A stretch of 64,000 nt of DNA, taken from contig OZ024741.1 of NCBI GenBank assembly GCA_964016885.1, forward strand, positions 270,692,001 to 270,756,000, given 5' to 3'. The translations under genes and the position numbers were made by a program. The DNA comes from Eledone cirrhosa (lineage: Eukaryota). The notes below the pieces were generated by a model. That model did not search any database. It was not told the DNA's origin and saw only the letters and a list, made by a program, of their open reading frames with translations. The first letter of the stretch is position 1. Every line of letters starts with the position of its first letter. Of this stretch, positions 12,185 to 24,019 are shown in pieces.

Positions 12185-14340
12185 AAGCAGAAGGGATATT
12201 CAATTTGTTGGTAATTCAACAAATATAAATGTTTATAACTGATTCAGAGCACTCAAGAAGTTTTCTGGAGTATAATATTCAATGATATTAAATAAATGGA
12301 AACTATATTTATAAAACCATATTTATTCTATTACCAAAACTTTGGTACGCTTTCATCAGATAACATACGAAGTGTGTTTTATAAATTTTGACATAACCAA
12401 GGAAAATACCTTAACGGTTCAAGTTTTCCTTGGATAGTGAAGGGATAAAAGAAGAAAAGTCAGATATTTCAAATTATTAAGATGAGTATGCAAATGAGGT
12501 TTAGGTAAAGGGCTGAAAAAAACGTTATTTTAGCCGCTATGGAGAATTTAAATAATTATGATATGTGTTTGTATGCGTAGGAAAGAAGAAAAAGTGGAAT
12601 ATAACTCCAGAGTTTAAATTTAAATTTATTTATCTATATTATGAGTTATAATATTGTATATATAATCAATTAGATTATATGAAGAATTATGGTTGTAAGT
12701 ATTTTTATCTTATTACATTACAATAGGTTATATGTATATAAATATTTATATAGATTAATAATTCCGCATGTATTAGTATTATAGAAATAGAAATTATTTA
12801 CAATTATTAGTTGTTTATATTTCTAATATGAGTTAAGAAGGAAGTTGATTTTGTATTTTACTTTAAAAAATGGATGGTTCAAGTTGTGAGAGGAGAACAA
12901 TTTGTAGATTCGAATATTTTGTTCAACATTGAAAATGTTTTCAGAATATTGTTAATTTAGCGAAGTTATATAGATTATCAAACAATATGTTTATGTTTGC
13001 ACCATTAAGAAAGGAAAGATAACTCCAATTTTGTTTGTTAACCGTTAAATTTGATGAGTGATTTACTCAAAATTATATAGAGAAAATTATATATTATTTT
13101 GTGTGAGATTAATTATTTTAGTCGAAAGATGTGTGAATGTTTGAATATCTAAAAGAGAGGAAAAACGTAATGTATTTTCGAAGAACTATCGTGAAGAGGA
13201 TAAATTTTCAGAATGTAATTTAAAGATTATCAATCTACATCTAAAAAAATATATTTAGAGGGGTGTCATTAGAAAAATAATGTCAAAATTAAAATAATGT
13301 CGGAATTAAAAATGTTAAATATATATATTAAAAATTCTTAGAAATATTAGAGATATTAAAAAAATTAGAAATATTAAAAATATTAAAAAATTTACATTTA
13401 AATTTTTAAAGAAGATAGGATCATTTTAAAGGTGTATAGGAATATTATAAATTAAAAATAGTTCTGAACGTGGAATTTTAGCGATGTCTGCAAGAAGAAA
13501 ATAATTAATAGTTTTGCCAGTTAATTATATAAAAAATTTCTTCGATACACAATTTACAGAATCTTGATAAAGCCATATTTCGATATGCAGGTGCTTCTGA
13601 AATCGTTCTCCAATATATTGAATAGTCTATATTGTCTTTTAAGTTCAAAATTAGATATGAAAGTGAAGTAGAAGATTTTTTTTATCAGATCTCCTAAATG
13701 TGTGTTTATGGTTATTCCAGCGTTCTTTAAATTTTGTTGAAGTGGCACCAACATAGTTAAACATTTTGTCTCTAGTTTTAACTGCATTTATAAACTACGT
13801 TTTTGTCTAAACAATTATTTTGTAAAGGGCAGTTTGATTTGATTCTACAGTTACATTTACTGGAGTTATTGTTGCTCGGAACGGTACTATTATTCTGAAT
13901 ATTATTATTGCTATTTTGGTTAGGGTTTCAGTTTCTATTATTAATTCTATTTATATTTTGTGCTATGTTCATAGTAGTAGAGTAGGATAGTTTTATAGTG
14001 TGTCTGTTAAAAATAGAGTGGTATCTGTGGGCTTTAAGAAAACATTTATCTAGTGCTTTAAAGAATAGCTTTGCTAAAAGTGTTTTAACGCTTAATGAGA
14101 ATGGGGAAGAGTACCAAATAATATTTCTAGTTCTAGATTTTTTGTTTGGTTTGGTGTTTAAGTTAAATTGTTTATTATTATTATAATTAATACTAGGATG
14201 ATTTGTCATGTTATTGTTATCTATGTATTTAATTTTATTTGAGTTATTATTATAATTAATACTAGGATGATTTGTCATGTTATTGTTATCTATGTGTTTA
14301 ATTTTATTTGAGTATCCTGCTCTATGTAAAGCTTCATTAT
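12185..14340 (-). pseudogene. 5'-truncated Naiad-like Penelope element: GIY-YIG region, AT-rich 3' UTR and family A terminal repeat
   Basis: Reverse translation: RTRNIIWYSSPFS..IFNRHTIKLSYS, CNCRIKSNCPLQNNCLDKNVVYKC, YVGATSTKFKERWNNHKHTF, CKLCIEE, SCRH; frameshifted. Confidence 0.8.
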
Positions 14341-14354
14341 AATGTATATTATTA

Positions 14355-14590
14355 TATATGAATGTATATATAGTGTATTTTGCAATACACTGTATGCTTA
14401 ATTAAAAGCATTTTGAAGACCTTACGCTATTGTTTTAAAGTAGTGACAATGTCACTTACTTCTATTTTCAGCAAACAAGGGGAGATAAGCTGACAGAGAT
14501 CTGTTTCGTACTTGTTGGTACTTATCAAAGCTCAGCACTCCTCCTGTCTGTATAATCAGTTCCTGATTATTACTGGAATTCTATAAGAAT
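14355..14590 (-). mobile_element. Family B copy 2 with inverted stub; U3:A8 HHR at 14467-14550
   Basis: Same TTGATAA..GAAA core; 14551-14590 is the reverse complement of ~12070-12110. Confidence 0.7.
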
Positions 14591-14594
14591 TCTC

Positions 14595-14729
<135 letters not shown>

Positions 14730-14856
14730 GTGAGGTTTTTTTACAAAATGAAAAATAACCGAGGTGTCCTACACGAGTGAAAGTATAAAGAAAAAAAGAT
14801 GAAATCGAAAATGCAACTGGAGTCTTATTTAAAAAAAAATATATATATATATTTGG

Positions 14857-14898
14857 TTCCTTTACCGGTTTCGCAGTTCTTCTGCTTTTCAAAAGTAG
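14857..14898 (-). ncRNA. Minimal type I hammerhead with U3:A8 core (second family)
   Basis: Minus strand: ctt-TTGAAAA-gcag/aagaa/ctgc-GAAA-ccgg-TA-aag; palindromic stem III ACCGGT; stem I short. Confidence 0.6.
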
Positions 14899-14923
14899 AG
14901 TTGAGATGGAGGGTCTGTGGTTT

Positions 14924-14965
<42 letters not shown>

Positions 14966-15239
14966 TATATGTGTGTGTGTGTGTTACCTAATATATGTAT
15001 ATCTATCATATATATATGTTTATATCTATATATATATGTGTGTATATCTATCTATATATATATATATGTGTGTATATATCTCTCTCTCTATATATATGTG
15101 TGTATATCTCTCTCTCTATATATATATATGTGTGTGTCTATGTATAGAGCAGAGCTATTTAATTAGGAGTAATATTTTGTGTTGTTCACTTTCTAATTAA
15201 ATATATATATGTATATCTATATCTATATCTATATATATA

Positions 15240-15325
15240 TAGGAAATATTTAACCCCGACGGCAGAGCTCAAGCCGTTTCGACGGCTATTTCTGGACTGG
15301 TTCCTTACCACACCTCCTTCGTTAT
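15240..15325 (+). mobile_element. Family P copy, internally deleted
   Basis: Left arm ccccgacggcagagctcaagccgtttcgacggctatttctggac joined directly to tail tggttccttaccac. Confidence 0.75.
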
Positions 15326-15342
15326 ATATATATATATATATA

Positions 15343-15611
15343 AGTAGAAGGGGTATTTAATTTGTTGGAAGTCCGACAAATATAAATGTTTATAACAGTT
15401 TTAGAGCACTCAACCAATTAGTGGAGTAAATATTCAATGATTTGAATAAATGGAAACTATATTTATAAAAGCATATTTATTTTATTATTTATATTTCAAG
15501 GATACCAAGACACATTGGTACGCTTTCATCAGATAAAATACAAAGTTTGTTTTATAAATAGAGACGTACCCATGAAAATCATACGTTATCGGTTGGATAT
15601 TCTCTGGATAG
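15343..15611 (-). mobile_element. Family A short element (Naiad 3' end) with HHR at 15478-15540
   Basis: Minus: tattttat-CTGATGA-aagcgtacca/atgtgtct/tggtatcctt-GAAA-tataaa-TA-ataaaata. Confidence 0.75.
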
Positions 15612-15632
15612 TACGTAACATATATTTGATAT

Positions 15633-15693
<61 letters not shown>

Positions 15694-15695
15694 TG

Positions 15696-15728
<33 letters not shown>

Positions 15729-15952
15729 GTATATCTATCTATCTATCTATCTATCTATTATCTATCTATCTATATATATATATATGTATATCTATATATA
15801 TATATGTATATCTATCTATCTTTATATATATATATGTGTGTGTGTGTGTGTAAAAAGTAAACAGAAATAACATCACAATCGGTACAGTATATGGAAGGGA
15901 TATATTAGGTTAACGCTCACGGATATGTATATATCTGTTTATCTCTCTTTAT

Positions 15953-16003
<51 letters not shown>

Positions 16004-16014
16004 CTATCTACATA

Positions 16015-16141
16015 TGAGGGTTGGCCGAATATGAAAGAGTTGTGCTAGAGCTGTGAAATCTTGCCTGCATTAATTCCAACTCATTTCCATGGACTATTTA
16101 AAAGAAAAAATAATAAACTACATTTGGTCAGCCACCCCTCG
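16015..16141. mobile_element. Deleted mariner-type MITE
   Basis: TA|TGAGGGTTGGCCGA ... TCAGCCACCCCTCG|TA; interior matches the 7243 copy. Confidence 0.6.
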
Positions 16142-16524
16142 TATTTCTCATCCCTTTCACACTCTTTGCCACTTTATCTAAACGTTCTCTGATTTACTAA
16201 TATTTTTCTTTCTATCTCTCTTTCCTATTCTCTCACACCTGCTCTCTTTTTCTCTCCCTTAATTGAGTCATCCACATGCCTTCTCTCTCTCTCTCCTCCC
16301 CTTCACATTCTCTCTGTATCAATGTAGTCCTTTTCTTCCAACCTCCTCCGTATTTCTGATTCTCTCTCTCTCTCAATCTTTTAATATTTGCTCTCACAAT
16401 ACACTTCCTAACTTTCGAAGAATAGTTGAAATATACATACATACATATATATATATATATGGCTGGAGTATCGCTTTTAGCTTTCCTCGATTATGTATTT
16501 ATATATATCTATATATATATTCTT

Positions 16525-16577
<53 letters not shown>

Positions 16578-16674
16578 CGTATATCCTTAAATATATGTAT
16601 ATACACCTATATATTTTCTCTCTCAAATATATATATATATATAAACACATACACCCACGCACACATATATATAT

Positions 16675-16707
<33 letters not shown>

Positions 16708-16753
16708 GACACATATATATATATATATATATCTGTTTATCTCTCTTTATTAT

Positions 16754-16814
<61 letters not shown>

Positions 16815-17740
16815 ATATATATATTTATATTATATACGCTGTATATATGTTATTAACGTCTCTCGAAGTTTCTTCCAACTTTCCCTAGTTCAGCCTTTAT
16901 ATCTTCTCACAAACCAACAAACCTCTGTTTACAAAATATAATTCTACTCACTCTAACACTTTTTCCTTCCTTTCACATACATTCACTCCCACACTCGTTC
17001 ATAACTTTTCCTTCTTCTATTTTCGTTCCTCACACTTTCTTCCTTTCCCTCAAAAACTTTATTCCTTCTGTCTCTCTTCTTTCCTCATTCCCTCTCTCTT
17101 TCTTCCTTATCTGTCCCAGTTTTCCTTCTCTCACATTTTTTCTTCTCTATCTCTTTCTTCCCCCTCTCTTCTTTTACTTTGTTCTTACTCTCTTTCTCAT
17201 CCTCTCTCTTACTTTCTCGCCTCTTTCTTTCTTCCTCTCCTTTCATTCTTTCCCTCCCTCTTTCTTTCTCCTCTCACACTCTTCCTTCTTTCTGTTACAT
17301 TCTTCTCTCTCTCTCCCACTTTCTCTCTCTCTCACCCACCAATAAACATACCACTAACACATAAATATATATCCTCCTACACATGTCCTGCTTGCTGTCC
17401 ATCTGTCTATGCTAAATCGTGTCTCACCTTTCCCAATATCCTTTATATAAACGAGAGTATACCACTAAAACAATGTAAAATAACAATAGACAGTTTTCGG
17501 AGTTTGCTCCCACGACACCCGTTGCTCCATTACAGCTATAATTAACATTAAACAAGCCAGGTCTATTAAACTGTAGTTGACCACAGGCGCCAATCCTTCG
17601 TCGTGTTATCGTCTGTCCCACCACACCAGTTCTGACTTCGGAGGAACGAACTTACAGATAAATGTTCTGGCTCTTGTGTAACTGTTAGACTAGACGTCTA
17701 CACACACACACACACACATATATATGAATATATATATACA

Positions 17741-17885
17741 TGGCAGAGCTCAAGCCGTTTCGACGGCTATTTCTGAGCTCTGCCGTCGGGGTCCTGAACC
17801 TTTTCCTATTACCCACTCTACTACGGAAAGTATCGAATACTCTGGTGCGTTATGGTCCACCTGGTTCCTTACCACACTTCGTTTT
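17741..17885 (+). mobile_element. Family P copy with collapsed palindrome centre
   Basis: ggcagagctca...tgagctctgccgtcgggg plus tail; flanked by (AT)n. Confidence 0.75.
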
Positions 17886-17892
17886 ATATATT

Positions 17893-17969
<77 letters not shown>

Positions 17970-18022
17970 TATATAAAACCAATAATACACCTTACTATAT
18001 AACAACTATATATATATATATA

Positions 18023-19572
18023 TCATCATCATCATCATCATCATCATCATTTAACGTCCATAGCATGGGTTAGACGGGAGTTGTGCCACTTGAGGCACTG
18101 TTGGTCGGGTGACCGTGTCTCGCTCGTATAGGACTATCTGGCAAGCTTTCTACAGTTGGATGCCCTTCCTAACACCAACCACATTTACAGTGTGGAACTG
18201 GGAACTTTTTACCGTGTTACCTACATGGCCACATTACAGCGGAGACTGTGTTTTTTTCTTGTGACACCTACACGACCTCAATCTCATTGATCTCATTATC
18301 TCATTTATTTGGACTGGATGTTGTGATACCAACTTTACAGAGAGAGGATGGTGTTGGTGGGAGTGGGAGGATAGGGTAGGGGTAGTGGATTGGGGTGTAT
18401 ATTTGGATAGGAGGTGCCTACTTACTGTAGGTTTTGCTTTGTATTATTGCATAGCATCAAAGATCTCGGTCCAGTGACATTGTCTACCTACTCTGTAACT
18501 ACCATCAATTTTGATAGCCTGCACTTTTTTATGCAGCTGTCGTCTTTCATGCGCATCACGTGACCATACGAACGTAGTCTTCTCTCAAGTAAACAGCATC
18601 TGATCCCTCTTATTCCTAATTTCTCACTTAGTTCATTTATGCTTTGCCGTTCACATATATTACTATTACACATCCAACGGAGCATGCATGCTTCGTTCCT
18701 TTCCAGTCTGCGCAGGTCCTCAGCACGCAATGCCCATGTCTCACTGCCATGTAGCATTGCTGTTCGTATACAGGCATCATACAATCTGCTTTTCATTTTT
18801 AGAGAGAAACCTTTTGTGGCCAACATCTGTATAAGCTCTGAACTTTTTCCATCCCGTTCTGACTCTAGCTACCGTACTTTCAGAACACCCTCCACCACTG
18901 CTGATTTCGACACCCAGGTAATGGAAAGTGTCTACTATTTCTATAGAACCATCTGGGCAATGGAATGAGCTAGTATCCTGTGGACACTTGCTACTTATTG
19001 CACCTGAGTATTGGCCACATATAAAGTCTACATTCTTAGATAGTTTACCTGTGATCCCACTACATCTTTTATGTACCCATAGTTTGCATTTGGGACATAA
19101 AATTGAATTTCTGCCTACTCCTTTCCTACATACTGAGCAAGGCCATTTCCCTGAGGGCACCTGTGCCCTATTTTCCTTTCTACAAACTAGAACTTTAGTC
19201 TTAGACAAGTTAACTTTAAGGCTTTTTGATTCTAGGCCTTGTTTCCATATTTGGAATTTCTTCTCTAGTTCAGCCATTGATTCAGCTATGAGCGTTAGAT
19301 CATCTGCGTATACGAGTTCCCATGGGCAGCCGGTCGTGAACTCCTCTGTTATAGCCTGAAGGACAATAATAAATAGGAAGGGGCTAAGGACTGAGCCTTG
19401 ATGAACGCCAACTTTTACACTAAATTCTTCACAATATTCATTGTTAATTCTAACCTTACTGACTGTTTCATTATACATAGCTTGTATAGCTCTCACAAGC
19501 CATTCATCTACAGCTAGTTTTCTAAGAGCCCACTAAATAATGGAGCGGGGGACTCTGTCAAAGGCTTTCGCC
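18023..19572 (-). pseudogene. 5'-truncated RTE LINE (RT with PHD-like finger), (GAT)n tail
   Basis: GVHQGSVLSPFLF, YADD, WPCSVC..CPKC..WVHKRC, FHYLG, HGSETW; frameshift; 5' end abuts (AT)n. Confidence 0.92.
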
Positions 19573-19603
<31 letters not shown>

Positions 19604-19923
19604 TACATTTAGGTTCATTGGTCCACCATCTTCGTTTATGTTGAATCTTATTGGTGGTGCGAGAACGGAGTTAATTATTATTGAGTAAAATGACAGAAAG
19701 CTGGACTGGTGAAATTCGCTAAAGGTTTATTATATACACTATGCACATTTCAATGACCAGGTTCTGCAGGAACCCAGTGACATCATTGGGTATTACGAAA
19801 TTTATCTAATAAAGGAATATAATAATGGTAGACACAATCCAAGAGGCTGTAAAGTAGAGAGAAATATTTAAGACCTGAAGGCGGCCAGAACCAGCAGTTG
19901 CCAGCTTGGGTGACCACCTTACT

Positions 19924-19968
<45 letters not shown>

Positions 19969-20234
19969 AAAATAAAAAGTTATGGGTGAAAGAGGGTAAT
20001 ATCCATCATCAGTTGTCTGCTAGGAATCATAGATATTTCTTCATGTTAGAGACAATATACTTCAACCCAGTGTGAGCAAACTTATTTTAGTTATTGCTCT
20101 CACTCACCTGTAACTTTTTATTTTCATTATACTTAATTGCAATCACACATGCCGCCATTTTATTATATATATATATATAAATGAAAATAGAGAAATTAAT
20201 GTAAGTAAAAAGCCGACAATAATTCAGACATATA

Positions 20235-20870
20235 ATGCTCCGATGGATGTGTAATAGTAATATACACGAACGACGAAGCATAAATGAATTGAGAGAGAGA
20301 CTGAGCATAAGAGGAATCAAATGCTGTGTGCAGGAGAGGCGGTTGCGTTGGTATGGACATGTGATGCGTGTGAAGGATGACAGCTGCATAAAAAGGTGCA
20401 GAGAACTAGAAGTCGATGGAAACCGCGGAGTGGGGAGACCCAAGATGACCTGGGATGAGGTGATAAAAGCCGAACTTACCCAATTACACCTCTCAAAGGC
20501 GATGACACACGACCGTGACCTATGGCGTCACACAGTAATACAGAGTACCCGACCTCCCATGGGTACAAGCTGAAGCATATAGACAATATGCCCCCACACC
20601 CCCCACTGCAAGGTGGTCGTGGAGGTGCCACGGCAAAAAAGCACCCAGCCCACACTGTAAAGTGGACGTGTAGGCGCCACGAAAAAGCACCCAGCACTCA
20701 CTGTAAATGAGGTTGGTGTTAGGAAGGGCATCCAGCTGTAGAAATCAAGCCAAGTCAGTTCCTGTATGAGCAAGGCATGGTCAGCCGACCAGACACTGCT
20801 CACAACAGGACAACCCGTCTAACCCATGCTAGCGTGGAAGAACGGACGTAAAATGGTGATGATGATGATG
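20235..20870 (+). mobile_element. RTE LINE 3' fragment
   Basis: RRLRWYGHVMR..GRPKMTW; 3' UTR and GATGATGAT tail. Confidence 0.9.
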
Positions 20871-21075
20871 AATATATATATATATATGCATATGAATATA
20901 TATATATATGCATATGAATATATATATATACATATGAATATATATATATATACATATGAATATATATATATACATATGAATATATATATATATACATATG
21001 AATATATATATATACATATGAATATATATATATACATACATATGAATATATATATATATATGCATATGAATATAT
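20871..21075. repeat. (AT)n-CATATGA minisatellite, continuing at 22325-22430
   Basis: Unit GAATATATATATATAYATAT repeated; split by the LINE at 21088. Confidence 0.85.
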
Positions 21076-21087
21076 GTATACATACAT

Positions 21088-22326
21088 TCTTAACAGGATC
21101 CAGCCTGAGATGGAGAAGATGCTCAGGGACAACTAGAACGGTTTCAGAGAGGAAAGATCAACCACCAGTCACATCCTGATTTTGAGGATATTAGAGGGAG
21201 CTAGAGTGAAGTGCCTTCCTGCGGTCATGGTTTTCATTGACTTTAGGAAGGCCTTTGATTCTGTGGACCGTCACTGCCTGATGAAGATCTTACAGGCTTA
21301 TGGAATCCCCAAGAAGATAGTGGACCTGATATCACTGCTCTACACCAATACCAAAGCCCAAGTCATTACACCTGATGGGATGACAGAGTTCTTTGAGATA
21401 TTGGCTGGAGTGCTCCAGGGAGATACATTGGCTCCCTACCTTTTTATCATTGTAGTGGACTATTGTATGCGCCTTGCACTGGAGAAACACCAGGACTCTG
21501 GCTTTACTGTAGCACCGGCTCAGAGCAGGAGAGTTAAGGCGAAAAAGATATCAGATGCTGAACTTGCCGACGACATAGTTTTGGTGACGAATACAGTGAA
21601 GGAGGCAGAGGATTTGATGCGGGAGGTTGAGACTGTGTCAATGAGTGTGGGGCTGAGAATGAATGAGACTAAAACAAAATATCTGGTAGAGAATGTTGAG
21701 AAGCCAGAGGGGATCACTAATGTAGGCAGGAAGCCGCTAGAATTGGTTGAGGACTTCTTGTATTTGGGAGCAAAGATTGGGAATACAGAAGATGATGTGG
21801 TTGAGAGGAAGAGCAAAGCCTGGGTGGCGTGCCACAGCTTGAGATCGGTGTGGAAGTCGGATCTTCGTAAAGACCTGAAAATCCGCCTCTTCATTGCTGT
21901 AGTGGAGTCTGTGCGGCTGTATGGGTCTGAGACTTGGACACTGACCAAGAAACTCACTCAGATGGTGGATGGGTGCTACACGAGAATGCTGAGGATGGCT
22001 CTGAACATTAACCAGTATACACTGAGGATGAAAAACTCAGAGCTGTATGGGAGCCTCCCAAAAGTCAGCTCAAAAGTGACACAGAGGAGACTGAGGTTAG
22101 CTGGACATGCTCACCGACATCCAGAGTTGACATTGCACTCAGTGCTCCTGTGGGAGCCCCTACATGAACACACTGGAAGAGCAAGACCAAGGTTAACGTA
22201 TGTTGATGCCCTTAGGACAGACACAGGTCTGGAGACGCAGGACATGGCAGCGATAATAAGGGACAGAGACCGCTGGAGAGAACTCGTCCATGGATCTCAG
22301 GAATTTTACCCGCCCTAGAATAGAAT
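21088..22326 (+). pseudogene. 5'-truncated non-LTR retrotransposon RT (RTE-group, distinct family lacking the PHD insert)
   Basis: Open frame 21182-22318: FIDFRKAFDSV, GVLQGDTLAPYLFII, ADD, KTK, FLYLG, LYGSETW, RLRLAGH; TAGAATAGAA tail. Confidence 0.9.
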
Positions 22327-22509
22327 ATATACATATGAATATATATATATATGCATATGAATATATATATATGTATATGAATATGTATATACACATATGA
22401 ATATATATATATATACATGAATATATGTAAATATATATATATACTCCACATACTATCACATTGCTCCAGTTTACTCAGCTGTAGAAATTGGGCTGGGGTC
22501 CCTATCATT

Positions 22510-22663
22510 CCACTGCAAAGTGGTCGTGGAGGTGCCTCGGCAAAAAAGCACCCAGCCCACATTGTAAAGTGGACGTGTAGGCGCCATGGACAAAAAGCAC
22601 CCAGCACTCACTGTAAATGAGGTTGGTGTTAAGAAGGGCATCCAGCTGTAGAAATCAAGCCAG
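22510..22663 (+). mobile_element. RTE 3' UTR fragment
   Basis: Matches 20603-20755. Confidence 0.75.
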
Positions 22664-22849
22664 AATCAGTTAACGTGCTCTGATGTTGAGTTTGAATAGT
22701 TTTAGGATTCCTCAGTTCAGCAGCCAGTACGTTAAAGAAAATTGATAGTTACAACAATAAAGGCTGAACAGTGAACAAATTTTTTAACAAACAATAATTT
22801 GTACAACCATAATGGAAATTCCAAGTAACAGAAAATATTTAAATTACAT

Positions 22850-23420
22850 TGCTAGAGCCTCAGAGTATACAATATTCTTTGTTCGGCCCTCCGGAGCAAA
22901 GATGAAGAGATTGTTTGGAGAGCTCACCCTAGAGTATCCTACATACAATTGACCATGGGAGAAGCACTGATCTCGTAGCTCATCTCGCGGAGAAGCTCTG
23001 TAGACGTTGACCTCTGTAAACTCCTGTCAGGAGCAGGTAAGCTGTAGTAACTTAGAGGCCTACCACCAATCTCCAGGACACTGTTTTCAAGACAAATGGG
23101 TGCCTCATTGAAAATGACATCGTATGTTACGTTTGGATTGTGTCTGCGTGTGTGGTGGAGGATGTCCTCAGCTAGACTTTCGTGGTGGTTGTTCCACAGT
23201 GCGAGAGGGTCGGTGAGATCGCAGTTGTGCAGCATAATAGCAAAAGGTTTTCGCAGCTGAGAAGGGACTTTAGCAGTTGCTGCTTCTTGCAGGGTGAGGT
23301 ACCAATGGCTGTCATCATGTTACATACCATGCATCTAGTAAGCCAAACGGTATGTGGAACATTGATGGCCATTGATGGTTCTCAAATCTTGGAAAGACTG
23401 TGCTCCTATAACCTCAAACG
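22850..23420 (-). pseudogene. Internally deleted Helitron RepHel fragment
   Basis: Reverse: GAQSFQDLRTING, DPLALWNNHHESLAEDIL, ELLREMSY joined to helicase end CFSHGQLYVGYSRV..GRTKNIVYSEAL. Confidence 0.85.
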
Positions 23421-23942
23421 GTAACAATGACGATAAGCCGTTTGTGCTTTCGTTAAATAAATAGATTTTTGTTTTTGTGTATGCAAAAATATCTGTACAC
23501 GAATATATATATTAAAATAACAGATTAAAGTTTAAGCAAAGGCTTTCACCCTAACAGGATCTTCTGAAACTAAAAAAAATCAATCTGTGAACGCAGAAGT
23601 AAATATTTCGAAAAACGTTATCTAATGCAGACAGCCAGACATACAGAGACATATTATAAGGGTGCTACATTATAGCTATGTATCTATCTAAAAAGACAGA
23701 CTAAAAAAAAGAGGGGAATGTTGTGCGACGTCGTAAGAAAAAGTGAGGAATGTCGTATAACCGGAAGTGTTGACATTTGAAATTTTAAAGAAGTGAATAT
23801 TTAAATAATGTCTTTAATCTTTTAACAAAATTCAATAGACAAAAATACCCTCACTTTTTTACTTGGAAAAAGTTACATCTATGGTGCTGTTTGGTCCAGC
23901 CGTTTGGCGAAAAGTGTTTTACATACATACGGCCATCAGCTT

Positions 23943-24019
<77 letters not shown>

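Noticed and set aside
12320-12366. Active HHR in the first family A copy
   Set aside because: CTGATGA is present on the minus strand, but the GAAA/stem III segment is deleted
13470-13870. Selenocysteine recoding as reported for some Naiad elements
   Set aside because: The conserved Cys positions I translated are TGT/TGC, not TGA
11858-14590. LTR retrotransposon suggested by ~190-bp direct repeats
   Set aside because: No TG..CA ends, PBS or gag/pol; the interior is a PLE fragment and the repeats are HHR-bearing pLTR-like units
19990-20020. HHR on the minus strand (CTGATGATGG)
   Set aside because: No downstream GAAA or closing stems visible
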